DNA of 64,000 bases from Eledone cirrhosa. Its lineage: Eukaryota. The notes under the pieces were generated by a model. The model saw only the letters and a program-made list of their open reading frames with translations. It was not told the DNA's origin and did no database searches. Shown here in pieces: positions 1 through 12,946 of this stretch (the first letter of the stretch is position 1; each line of letters begins with the position of its first letter). Location of the stretch: positions 47,368,001 to 47,432,000 of the forward strand of contig OZ024746.1 in the NCBI GenBank assembly GCA_964016885.1. The letters are read 5' to 3'. The position numbers and the translations under genes were made by a program.

Positions 1-1309
1 AGATAATAAATGGTTTGAGCCACACGAATAGTTTCAAGGCTCTATCCATTCATTTTAGTTTTTTATTACTATTTTGTATATTTTTATATATATATCTTTG
101 GATTTTTCTCCCTACAATTCTTCACGTTCAACCTTGTTAAATATAATAAATAGTATTTCATTATCATAAAAGCGTTGTATTTGGCTGATCTCGTATATGA
201 GCTAGGAGATTGTACTAGAATTTACTATTATTCTCTATATTTATTTACATGTTTGTTTCAATTAATCCATCCATTGGATATCAACAACATATGCTGTCCC
301 CTTATGCTTTCCCATCTAGTGGTGTAGTGCATTTTCATTTCTCCCTGATAGGAGAGCGTCAAACTTGTCTGAATTGGAGTTAATCTCTTTCACATTTACA
401 ATCAAACTTACAAATCCCATTGGTCATTACCAGTGTGTTTGTAGGTTTACATACATCTGGTTTGATGTAAATAAAACGAGTTTTCATTTTATTAATTTAG
501 TATAGCATGAGCATTAGATAATGGTTTAGTGTAGTGTATTCTGTGTTTAGTTTTATGGAGGTTTTGATAATGTATTTGATAATCTATTCTGTATGTTATT
601 AATTTAATACGCATTATGCAAGATTTGTATATTTTTAGCAGGTGTGGTGTTAGATGTATTGTCCTGTTCTATGTTTTTGTCTATCTGCCTTTTTATAATC
701 AATTAATAGTTAGTGTTATTTGGTGTTTCATGGAAAAGAATTTAAATGCTCTTCTAAGAGTAAATTTTACAAAAAGCTGTTACAATGCAATACACTACAC
801 AGGGAAACGTTAGTGGGTAAGACATCTAGATTATACAGAATTCCAGCAAAAATAGATGAATTATGGACACAAAACGATAAAATAAACACAGACAATATAC
901 ACAAATACCAGACAACTTCCCTTCATTCAAACGAAGATCCTATGAAAGTCTAGAAACATTGGTGGTAGATTTGGCGACTTTGCTGTCCCAAACAAACTGC
1001 AAGGAACACATACAAAAATATTCAAAACTTTATGAAAAGATAAAACTAGAATACGGTGTTTTCAATAGAACATGTAATGAAAAAGATATTCCCTATATTT
1101 ACAAATATATAATTGCCAGTTTAAAACCTCATAACCGAGAAATCTGCAATGGAACGCTAGAGGACATTTATCAAAAGACAAATACACACAACAATTAAGG
1201 ATATGTAAAAACTTATGAACGGAAATTAAAGAATACAGTTAAATAAAAGTACCAATAAATCAGTGCTTACAAAATATTTATTAAACAATATATATCTATA
1301 TAGAAAAGG

Positions 1310-1560
1310 TACGTGGCTTAATGGTAAATGTGTTCAACTTACGATCGCATTAGCGAGAGTTCGAGCCCTGGATTGAGTTTTGTGTTGCGTTCTAGAGAAA
1401 AACACTTCATTTCACGTTGCTTCAGTGTACTCAGCTGAAAATTAGTACCAGCAATTGTTGGAGGTTTAACCCTGCGATGGACTGGCGTCTAGTCCAGTGG
1501 AGGAGCTTTGAATTCTCAGTCGCTTCACACAACGGAAACCGGGATAATTATTGGTTTGAT
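1310..1560 (+). mobile_element. tRNA-derived SINE (degenerate)
   Basis: tRNA-like head with A box (GTGGCTTAATGG) and B box (GTTCGAGCC), followed by a SINE-type body (AACCCTGCGATGGACTGGCGTC...GTCGCTTCAC...GGAAACCGGG). Confidence 0.6.
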
Positions 1561-1971
1561 GTGGCTCCAGGCTCGATATATCTATATACTAACGCATAAT
1601 ATGACAGATATAGCTTGATAACGTCTGTCTTCGCAATTTATTGGCGGGTGCGATCCATGACTGGTTTACACAATCAGGATTGCTGGTCGGGGGTTGGTTT
1701 AGCAGAAGTTATAAGTGCAGATTTACGGTGTTTTACGAGTATTTTGTTTACGAGTTAAGGCAATCTGTGAGTTTTCTTAACGGGTTAAGGCAATCAACGG
1801 TCTTGTTTATATATCTGGTTCATAACATACAAGCATCTCTTTCTTCAATGTATTAGCCTCAGCAATATACATATTCTAAGAAAACTCTACAAAAAAAAGA
1901 TCGCTCTGCCCACTCAGAGAGATGAATTTCTCAGTCTCTCACAACATGCACTTAGACCAGAAATAAAATAA

Positions 1972-2153
1972 TTGTTTCTACTTTAGGCACAAGGCCAGCA
2001 ATTACCCAGTGCATTACTGGTACTTTATTTTATCGACCCCGTAAGGATGAAAGGCAAAGTCAACCTCGGCGGAATTTGAACTCAGATCGTAAAGGGACGT
2101 AACTATGCTGGAAAGCATGGCGTCCGACCCTCTACCGATACTGCCAATCCACC
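1972..2153 (-). mobile_element. tRNA-derived SINE with Meta-like central domain
   Basis: Minus strand: A box TGGCAGTATCGG, B box GTTCAAATTCC, body TTTGCCTTTCATCCTTACGGGGTCGATAAAATAAAGTACCAG. About 10 copies occur in the window. Confidence 0.85.
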
Positions 2154-2481
2154 GACCAGAAATAAAATAATGCCCCTCAACTTCTATAACAACTTCCACG
2201 CACAGAAAACAGAGAGAAAATTTAAAACATTAAAAACATAGACAAATAACTTCAAAACTTCCTCGGAAGGGAATGTAATAGACTTGGATATACAACAATA
2301 AGCAAATATCTGTCACGTAACTCAAACAAGCTCTGCACAATTTGAAAAATAACGACATAAAAATATGTAAGAATGACAAAAGTAATATATTCGTAATCAT
2401 ATATAAAGACAAATATATACGTCTCGGAAACGTGTGATTATGAAACAAACTGTCTCACCACACAACCATGCTTACATCAGA

Positions 2482-2555
<74 letters not shown>

Positions 2556-3199
2556 ATATATATATATATATATATAATATAAAATCAAAAGATGGTTAAA
2601 AGAGTTCCATGTATTTTATTATGCGCATTTCAAAAACAAATATCATCATGGGATGATATTTGCGTTCTCATCAGATAAAATAGGGAGACATGATATGAAG
2701 CTTAAAAAACACTTGCGAGCAATGAAGTGTTAAATCAACATATGAAAAATAAAATAAGATGGATATATGAGATTGGGAAAAAAAATGAAAGGAAGGGGGG
2801 AAGGAAAAGGTAAGGAAGAGGAAGAAAGAATATAATAAGTAAAAAATATATAATAATAAGGAAAGGATGACGGAGGAGGAGTATAAGAAGGAAGGATGAG
2901 AGAGGAGGAGAAAATGAGAAACAGTCTCATAGAGAGAAATTTAAAAAAAAACGTTGTAAGATAATACATAATTTTTAAAAAAATTAAGAAATTAAAAGTT
3001 AATGAGGTTTATGAATGGTGATGCTTATGATTAAAGAAGAAGGAATTAAGAACACTATTTATTTAAGGTTTATATATTGAAGGCTTTATATATATATATA
3101 TATATATAGTAATAATAATAAATGTGAAAACTAAAATCCGAAGTGGGCTCGATAAGGACAATATATATATAAAAATATATTTAAAAAAACGTAGAGCAA

Positions 3200-3321
3200 A
3201 TATTTATTAAAATAGCAGATTAAAGTTTAAGCAAAAAATGGCTGCTTTCACCCTTAAGATCCCGTTAAGGGTGAAAGCAGCGATTCTTTGCTTAAACTTT
3301 AATCGGTTATTTTAATAAATA
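3200..3321. repeat. Near-perfect palindrome (fold-back) next to (TA)n
   Basis: Arms of ~57 bp: TATTTATTAAAATAGCAGATTAAAG...CACCCTTAA / TTAAGGGTG...CTTTAATCGGTTATTTTAATAAATA. Confidence 0.85.
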
Positions 3322-3759
3322 TATATATATATATTTCAACTTTCAACTATATATATATTTTAACTTTCTAAACGTTTTTAACTTTCTAAACAATTAACAA
3401 AAAAAAACAATTTATGCAAATTTTTTAGCTCAAGCGGACAATTGCAAGGCGACCCTCATCGACCGTGAAATTTTGAAGTTTTCGCCCGGAAAGATTTTTT
3501 TCAGAAAAAGATTTTTTATCTCTTATATAATTTTCTCTTAAATTAAAAACGTGTTCAGACTTATTCTTGGTATTAGAAGGATAAGTGACAATAAATATAA
3601 TGGGGAAGGCAACTTGCAAAGCTGGGGACCTATTTTCCACTGTGGGAGCAGTAAAATTTTAACTTTCGGAAAATTACCTATATCTAAGGGCCACCCTAAT
3701 ATATATATATATATCCAAGAGCTGAGAGAAATGAGTACTCGCTATTGAGTAATATATAA

Positions 3760-3790
<31 letters not shown>

Positions 3791-3917
3791 CACACACACA
3801 TATATATGACATGTATATATATATATATGCTCTCCTTACTATCCTTGCTTTCATATTTCGCCTTCCTCCTTTTTTCCCTTTTTCCCATTGTATTTGTATA
3901 TAAACAAGTACATAGAT

Positions 3918-4370
3918 ACAAGGAGAAAGGGAGAGAGTAAGGAGTAAAGGAGAATAAGGAGAAAAGGAGAGCAATGAGAAAAGGAGAGCAAGGAGAGAAA
4001 AGAGAGCAGGAGAAAAGGAGAGCAAGGAGAACAAGGAGAGCAAGGATAAAAGAAGGGCAAGGAGAGCAAGGATAAAAGGAGAACAAGGAGAAAGGAAAGG
4101 AAGGAGAGCAAGAAGAGCAAAGAGAGCAAGGAGAAAAGGAGAGCAAGGAGAGCAAGGATAAAAGAAGAGCAAGGAGAGCATGGATAAAAGGAAAGCAAGG
4201 AGAGCAATGAGAAATGGAGAGCAAGGATAAAAGGAGAGACAAGGGGAGGAAGGGGTGGAAATGGAGATAGGAGATGAAGGGCGGGGAGGTGAGGAAGGGG
4301 AGGATGGGGAAGCGTGAGGTAAAGGATGAATGGGAAGGGGAGGAATTGGATGATGAGAAGGAGAGGAGCA
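3918..4370. repeat. Purine-rich degenerate 9-mer minisatellite (AAGGAGAGC/AAGGATAAA)
   Basis: Visible tandem periodicity; it produces the spurious Leu/Ser/Pro-rich ORFs. Confidence 0.8.
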
Positions 4371-4811
4371 TATATACATATATTAGTATGTGGTTATACA
4401 ATATATATATATATTTGCTGGGGTTGCCTGGATGTGTCCACATAAATTTCTCTAAGAAGAAAAAAAGAAAATGGTCGAGATAGGGAACAGTATATCTCTT
4501 TTGAACAGAATTAATCGTTGCGTATACTATGTTCCAACTTCAAGGCGTTTGAGGGACGCCTAACAATTATCCGATTGAGCTGAAATTTTGCACACCCCGT
4601 TTCTCTGTTGATTGAAACAGGATTAGGGTTTTTTTCGGAAAATTAGCTACTGCTAAGGGCCACCCTAATATATATATATGCGATGTGATGGTTATATTTC
4701 TAATAATTTTCTTTGTGATTTATAATGCCAAATATTCCTCTGTGTATATATGTGTCAGCGTGTGCTTGTGTGTGTTTGTGAGGGTTTATGTGTGTGTGCG
4801 TACGTGCTTGT

Positions 4812-4949
<138 letters not shown>

Positions 4950-5496
4950 TATTTATTAAGAGTAACTGTTTACTTCGATGTTTTGCCGGATTTTCAAAAT
5001 AGTAGCGTTAAGATGAATATTTCACTATATAGCCGTAACTAACTTTAGAAAGGGTACAATAGGTAGGCGAAGTAAACCCTAATACAAAAGTGGCTACAGG
5101 ATAAATGCTGAGGTTAAAGTTAGACTAAAGAAAATGTGGGTCCTGGAATATTCAAATAAATAAAACGGAGAATCGCATGGAATCGATTTCTCATCAGACT
5201 TACGGATTCTCGAATGATGAGCTATCAATTCCAAAGTCGGACCCGATCATCACCGATCGTACCTTGAGCTGATCGATTACAGAATGTGCGTCACATGTGA
5301 ATAAAAAATATATTGATGTTATATTGATACTTCCATCTCACTTTCTATATATACTAACTTTTCATATATATACATATATATATATATGCATATATATGTA
5401 TGTATATATATATATATACACATACATACATATGTCCCAAGGCTCTGATACCATCAACACCATAAACACAGAGCTGGCATATCTAAGAACTGACTA

Positions 5497-5552
5497 ACTG
5501 CCTGATGAGGTCATAGCCATTCAATGGCTATCATCGAAATATATATAGCAGT
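5497..5552 (+). ncRNA. Minimal type I hammerhead ribozyme (PLE-type)
   Basis: ACTGC-CTGATGA-stem II (GGT..TAGCCAT/ATGGCTA..ATC)-GAAA-TATATATA-GCAGT; stem I is ACTGC/GCAGT; followed by AATAAA. Confidence 0.8.
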
Positions 5553-5582
5553 AAATAAAGGATTATGAGTTCATGCAATTGA

Positions 5583-5627
<45 letters not shown>

Positions 5628-5704
5628 TTTCCTTATGCATATTAACGGCTGAGCAGCCTAATTTGCATATCGAGTGAGTTAATCGGCCTGGGTACCGAAA
5701 ACGA

Positions 5705-6267
<563 letters not shown>

Positions 6268-6681
6268 GTGTAATGTTGATGGACGCGAGAATCAGTGTTG
6301 TTGTCAGATGTAAGAGATAGATTCATAAGCTTAGTGGTTCTAGTTTAGAACAAAACCGTATCATCGGCCTGATTACTCTAAAACCACACAGATGTTCGTC
6401 ATAGTAATGATTATATTGATTCTTGCATTTCTAAGGAGCGTCTAAATGGACAATGTAACACATTGGTGAGTTGCGTTTATGATCTGGTTATAATTCCAGA
6501 TTCAAATTTTTCCGTTTCATTTAAACTACTAATATTCCAGAGAAAGATATGCAAAATACAACCTCCATCCCCGAAAAAGATTATCTCCTACACTGAGTGT
6601 TGGTGGTGGTGTGTCAGAAAACGTGACAATTTGATGGAAGTATAATTCGTCTCTCTCTCTCTTGCTCTTTATATATATATA

Positions 6682-6975
6682 TATTAATAAAAGGAATTCC
6701 AACTTTGTCTGATTTACTCGTTTTATTTACATTCCTTTAAAATTATAATGATACTATAATGAAATAGTCATGAAATAGTCATGCAATTTACAGAAAATTG
6801 CAAACTTGACTGTCACCACTGAATATGAACCTGAAGATTGCGAAAGCATGAAGGTACTTCTTCAATTAACACTTAACATTTAATATTCTACCATACTATT
6901 TCATTATAGTATCATTATAATTTTAAAGGATTGTAAATAAAACGAGTAAATCAGACAAAGTTGGAATTACTTTTA

Positions 6976-6982
<7 letters not shown>
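6682..6982. repeat. Inverted repeat, ~90-bp arms, embedded in (TA)n
   Basis: ATTAATAAAAGGAATTCCAACTTTGTCTG...ATGAAATAGT and its reverse complement at 6895-6982. Confidence 0.85.
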
Positions 6983-7020
<38 letters not shown>

Positions 7021-7270
7021 CTCCTGAAACCTTCGTAAATATAAGGCCTAATTAAATATTTCTATGGTAGCACTAAAACATCTTTCATATTGTTTTTTTT
7101 AATATTTTTATATTTATGTTGCTTATGTATTCTTATAGTCTTCTATAACAGAAACTGTATTATACATACATACATACATACATACTTACATACAAGCATA
7201 CATACATAGTTAGTTGCATATATACGTATGTGTATGTATGTATGTATGTATGTATGTATGTATGTATGTA

Positions 7271-7326
<56 letters not shown>

Positions 7327-7365
7327 CATATATATATAGAGAGAGAGAGGAGGTGTATAGCTAGC

Positions 7366-7435
<70 letters not shown>
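7366..7435. repeat. (GATA)n microsatellite at the 3' end of Tx1 copy A
   Basis: Directly visible. Confidence 0.95.
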
Positions 7436-9236
7436 TGTTTCTTTTATTTGCCACTAGGGCATCAAAAGTGGGACAAGTACAAAGGGGGGAGTTTACACAA
7501 AAAGGCGTCCTCAATAAGGAGGAGGCAATAACAAAATATAAAAATAAAATAAGATATAACAAAAAATAAAATTTTTAACAAAATCCTCAATAGAGAGGAG
7601 GCGCCTTGGGGGGTCGCACACACCCCCGAAAAAAGTGTGCAACCCTTCTCCTCAGGAGCACAGAGAAGGGGTGCTCCCTTGGTCTTTTATCTTCCTCACC
7701 TATAGTCTGATGTAGAGTGAAGGCCCATTCACACGGGCCATTCTCGCCACTTTCACCCATCTTTCATAGAAACGGCTGGGGTGCAGCACCTCTCTCTCCA
7801 TCCTGATCCTTCTTCCGAAATGATATCGGAAGAAACGGACCAGTTGTTGGCCAGAGAGAAAGGTGCCTGACCTCAGTCCTTTCAGACGCGTCCACCATAC
7901 AACCTCTTTCGCCATGGCTATTACGCACAGAAACACCGCCTCTGCTTCATCTTTGAAGGGGGGAGGCGGCTTGATCATTACAATAGACTCGGTGGTCAAC
8001 CGGATCGGTCCCACCCTTGACAGCAGTTGTTCGACATAGCCCCACAGATCGGCTACGCCCGAGCAGTGTACCAATGCGTGTGCAACGGTTTCCTCGTCGC
8101 ACACGCATCTGGGACAGATCTTTTTGGCGGGGTCCCTACCCGGGCGCCCGTGTCTGTAGAGCCTTTCTCGAACGGGTAAAGCCCCTCGGTAGCACTGCCA
8201 GACCAGGGACTTCTGGAAGTTGTCCATAGGTCCCGGGCTGAATGTCCTACCGAACAGGCTGGCCAGTTCGTCCTCCTCCATGTCTGGGGCTTCTCCGAGG
8301 GCGTCGTCGCACCTGCTGCGTACCAGCCCTCTATAGAATGTTGCGCTGGAGTCTCCAATGATAACCGGATCCGCCTGCCAGAGGGCGGTGAGCGCCTGGG
8401 CACACTCAGTGTGCCAGGCGCCCAGTTTTCTCGGTCTTTGCTTGACCCAGGATTGCAGCTCGGTGAGTGAGACGAGTCTGGGAAAGGTTCGTCTCACAAA
8501 CGAGGCCCACACCGGTTGTCCGGTCAGGAATACGTAGAGGTGCCGTAGCCTTAATGCGTGTTTACGCATCATTAGCCACGGCATCCCCAGCCCTCCTTTC
8601 GAAGGGTGTTGACAGCAGATGGATCTCCTCACCATAGGAGCCCGCCTCTTCCAAAGGAATTGGAAGAGCGCGCGCTCCATCTTGGTGAGGGTTTCCCTTG
8701 GGCATGGCACTACGGTCAGGCGGTAGTAGATGACGGACGCTATGTAGGTGTTCGCCACCTCCGCCCGACCTTTCAGGGATAGTTTGCAACTGGCCCACTT
8801 CTGGGTCAGTGCAAACACCCTGTTCGTAACCTCCGCCCAGTTTTTCTCCACCTGGAGGTCCGGTCCGAACCAGACCCCGAGCAACCTCACCGGGCCCTCC
8901 GTCCAGCGTCCGACGACGCCATCGGAGGGCATCGGTCTGCCCCTCCACGTGCCGAGTTGCAAACCGATCGACTTGTCCCGGTTCAGCTTAGCCCCTGTGA
9001 ACTTTTCGTACTCCTCCAGTAAGGTGCCGACCGCCTCGATTTCGGAGGCCGTCGACACCATTACTGTCACGTCATCGGCGTAGGCCGACACCGCTTTCCG
9101 CAATCCCGGTTCCAAAGGGATGCCCTGCAACAACTCCAACTTCCGCAGTAGTGGCTCGAGAGTCAACACATACAGAAGGGAGGAGAGAGGGCACCCTTGT
9201 CGGATGGACCGCGCGATTTTGAACGGCTCCGAGAGG

Positions 9237-9239
<3 letters not shown>
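7436..9239 (-). mobile_element. Tx1-like (L1 clade) non-LTR retrotransposon, copy A, 5'-truncated
   Basis: Contains the RT C-terminal half (QGCPLS, YADD), a CCHC motif and a 3' UTR ending AATAAAAGAAACA-(TATC)n. The 5' truncation joins (GATA)n through TAG microhomology. Very similar to copy C. Confidence 0.92.
7700..9169 (-). CDS. Truncated ORF2: RT C-terminal part and zinc-knuckle domain
   Basis: AYADDVTV, LGVWFG, KGGLGMP, CPRCVCDEETVAHALVHC; open frame of 489 aa. Confidence 0.9.
   Translation of the reverse strand: MLTLEPLLRKLELLQGIPLEPGLRKAVSAYADDVTVMVSTASEIEAVGTLLEEYEKFTGAKLNRDKSIGLQLGTWRGRPMPSDGVVGRWTEGPVRLLGVWFGPDLQVEKNWAEVTNRVFALTQKWASCKLSLKGRAEVANTYIASVIYYRLTVVPCPRETLTKMERALFQFLWKRRAPMVRRSICCQHPSKGGLGMPWLMMRKHALRLRHLYVFLTGQPVWASFVRRTFPRLVSLTELQSWVKQRPRKLGAWHTECAQALTALWQADPVIIGDSSATFYRGLVRSRCDDALGEAPDMEEDELASLFGRTFSPGPMDNFQKSLVWQCYRGALPVRERLYRHGRPGRDPAKKICPRCVCDEETVAHALVHCSGVADLWGYVEQLLSRVGPIRLTTESIVMIKPPPPFKDEAEAVFLCVIAMAKEVVWWTRLKGLRSGTFLSGQQLVRFFRYHFGRRIRMEREVLHPSRFYERWVKVARMARVNGPSLYIRL

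Positions 9240-9318
<79 letters not shown>
9237..9318. repeat. (GATA)n spacer between copies A and B
   Basis: Directly visible. Confidence 0.95.
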
Positions 9319-9534
9319 TATTTATTTATTTACCATAAAGGCATAAAAGAAGGGGAAAATACAAAGGGGGAGTTTACATAAAACCGAGTAAAAAGGGTAT
9401 AAAATGAAAATAATCGAAAACAACCTCAAAAGGGAGGGGACGTGATGGGGGTTGCACACACCCCCAAAAAAGTGTGCAATCCTTTGCCCGGGGAGCACAT
9501 GGAGAAGGTGCTCCCCTCTCCTTCACTTCTTTAC

Positions 9535-12500
9535 CTACAGGATGGTATACAGAGAAGGCCCATTTACACGAGCCATTCTCGCCACTATCACCCACCTTTC
9601 ATAAAACTGCCCGTGGCCAAGCACCTCTCTCCCCACTCTTATCCTTCTTCCGAAGTGATATCGAAAGAAGTAGACCAGACTATGGCCAGAGAGGAAGTTG
9701 CCTGACCTCAGACCTTTCAATCGTGTCCACCAAATAACCTCTTTCAACATGGCTATTACGCACAGAAAAACCCCTTTTGCTTCCTTTGTGAAAAGGGGAG
9801 GCGGCTTGATTGTCATCACGGATTCGGCGGTCAATCGAATCGGCGCCACCCGCGATAGCAGTCGTTCGGCGTAGCCCCACAGATCAGCCACGCCCAGACA
9901 TTGCACCAATGCGTGCGCAACGGTTTCTTCGTGACGCACGCATCTAGGGCAAATCTTTTTCGAGGGATCCCTGCCCGGGCGCCCGTGTCTGTAGAGCCTC
10001 TCTCGAACGGGTAAAGCCGCCCGGTAGCACTGCCAGGCTAGTGACTTCTGGAAGTTGTCCATTGGTCCCGGGCCGAAAGTCCTACCGAACAGGCTGGCCA
10101 GTTCGTCCTTTTCCATGTCCAGCGACTCTCCAAGGGTATCATCGCCCCTGCTAGCCACCAGCCCTCTATAGAATGACGAGGTGGATTCTCCACCGATGGC
10201 CGGGTCCACTTGCCAGAGAGCCCTGAGCGCCTGGGCTCGGCTCACTCAGTGTGCCAGTCGCCCAGTTTTCCGGATCTTTGATTGACCCAGGCCTGCAGCT
10301 CGGTGAGCGAGACGAGTCTCGGAAAGGCTCGTCTCACGAACGGAGCCCACACCGGTTGATCAGTGAGGAATACCTGTAGGTGCCGTAGCCTTAATGCGTG
10401 CCTACGCATCATCAACCACGACATCCCCAGCCCTCCTTTCGAAGGTCGTTGGCAGCAGATGAATCTTCTCACCATAGGAGGGCTCTTTTTACAAAGAAAT
10501 TGAAAGAGCATGCGTTCCATGGTGGTGAGTGTTTCCTTAGGGCAAGGCACGACAGTCAGGCGGTAGTAGGTGACGGACGCTATGTAAATATTCGCCACCT
10601 CCGCCCGACCTTTCAGGGACAGCTTACACTTGGCCCATTTCTGGGTCAGTGCAAACACCTTGCTCGTAACCTCGCCCCAGTTCTTTTCCACCTGGAGGTC
10701 CGGTCCAAACCAGACCCCAAGCAACTTCACCGGGCCCTCCGTCCAGTGTCCGACGACACTGTCGGGAGGCATCGGTCTGCCTCTCCACGTTCCGAGTTGC
10801 AGCCCGATGGATTTTTCCCGGTTCAGTTTCACTCCTGACAACCTTTCGTATTCCTTCAGTAAGGTGCCGATCGCGTCGATCTCTGAGTCGGTCGATACCA
10901 TTACTGTTACGTCATCGGCGTAGGCCGACACCGCTTTGCTCAATCCTGGTTCCAGGGGGATACCCTGCAACAACTCCAACTTCCTCAGTAAAGGCTCGAG
11001 AGTCAATACGTACAGAAGGGAGGAGCCGTTCACCTTGATCCTAGAACAGATGTGGTTGTTATGTAAGGCAGTGATCCAGCCTCTGAAAACAGGGCCGAAC
11101 CCAGCCGCCGCTAGCACCGCATCCAGGTAACCATGGTCGATCCTATCGAAGGCCTTAGACTGATCCAAGTTGATCAGGGCCCCACCGAAGCCGGGTTTGT
11201 TGCCAACCCTCTCTATGATGTATCGCATGAGGTGGAGGTTGTCGTGAATGGACCTGGATGGGATAGCACATGTCTGCGCATCTCCCACCAGGCCACCCAC
11301 GACAAGTGCCAACCTCTTTGCTAACACCTTGGCCAAAATCTTTAACTCTGTGTTTAGCAGGGTTATGGGCCGAAAATTATTTATACTATCCCCCTTGTTC
11401 TCGTCCTTCCTCACCAGCGAGACTACGCGCTTGGCTACAGAGCAAGGAATTCTCCCGTTCTGCTGCCAATTGCTTCGAGGAGTTCGGAGAAGAAGATCGG
11501 CATTGCCAAATAAAGTTCGTAAGGTATACCATCGAGACCTGGAGATTTGCGTTTGCTGCATTGGCTCAGCGCATCCCCGATCTCATCAGCCGAGATTGGT
11601 CCCTCGCAGGATTCTGCCTCTTCGCTCGAGAGATGTGGCAGGCCGTCGAGATATGGACCGAAATCCACGTCCCCGCCCGGACCCCCGCCTCCCCCGAACA
11701 ATCGGGCAAAGTGCCTTTGAAAGGCCTCGCACATCTGCTTAGGCTCCCGGATCACCCGCCCAACCTCGTCTTGCAAAGACCAGATGGTGGATCGATTTCC
11801 ACTCTTAGCTTCTGTTACGCGGGCCCAGCCAACGGCTTTGGCCCCCTCGTTACCTAGAGCACGTATTTTACTTCGAACGACGCAGCCTTCGTGCTTTGCA
11901 TCGAAAAACTGGCTCAAGGCCGTCCTCGATGCCAGCACTCTGGCCACATCTTCGCTCTTGATTGCCTCTTCTAATTTATCTGTTAATTCTTTCTCGTTCC
12001 TATTCCTATCGGCAGCTAACATCTTGCTATAACTTATTGATTCTGTTCTAATCTCTCTTTTGAGAGATGCCCACCATCGGTTGTTGACGATTGCACCCAT
12101 CAACCTCTCCTTAACTAATCTGCTAATTCGGTCTCTGTAAGCCTCTTTTGCCGGTAAAGACAAATTAAGTTTCCAGTAACCGGGACCCTGTCTATGTGTT
12201 CTCTCAAGGTTGACTACGCAGGTCACTAATTTGTGATCTGTATAGCCAACCGTGAGCATTTCTGGACAGCTTAATATGTCCCTATCCTTACTTCTAACTA
12301 AGAACCTATGTAAGTACGATCTAGATTGCCCACTATGGTTCGTCCAAGTCCAGGTTGGCACAGTTGGAAAATCTAGTCGATATCTATCGACCAAGTTAAA
12401 ACGGTCGAGTAACCCCTTGAGGCTGTTACACCCCCCTCTATTAGGACATGCTCCTGCATAGTTCCAACGTGCATCTAGGATGTCATTCCAGTCCCCCACT

Positions 12501-12913
12501 AGAAGCAGGGAACTCGACGTTCCCAGAAAAGTCTCCAGACGCTGGAAGAGGTCGGGTCGTTCAGCTCCGAAAGGGGAGTATACGGCGACCAGTCTCAAGG
12601 CCGCACCTCCACTACTGCCAACGTCTAGCACCAACAAACGACCTTCCGGGTCCGAGTGAACAACCTGTACGGCGAGACCCAGGTGTTTTTCCAGCAGTAC
12701 GACAACCCCACCCCCACCTCCAGGTTGACAGAGAGATGCGTGCACCTCAAAGTCATCGAAGGTAGGGGTCAGCTGCCGCACGACCGTGATTCGAGTCTCA
12801 CAGATAACCATTACATTTATACCACGTGACCTGAGGTCATTTAGAAGCTTTGCTTGCTTCCAAGTTGAGCCCAGGCCACGTGCATTCAAACATCCTACTC
12901 TTAACACATCCAT
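9535..12913 (-). pseudogene. Copy B ORF2 (APE-EN/RT/CCHC), frameshifted
   Basis: LNARGL, VGDWN, YTDH, WKLN, KSPGLDG, FRPITLLN, DQSKAFD, YADD. Split into three ORFs, with a small deletion removing QGCPLS. Confidence 0.9.
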
Positions 12914-12946
12914 GTGGGCGGCAAAGCCAAAGGAGAGTGCAGAGAC

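Noticed and set aside
1-1300. Possible decayed PLE remnant (PLDGK-like motif, hammerhead-like GAAAC near position 30)
   Set aside because: Too degenerate to support boundaries or identity.
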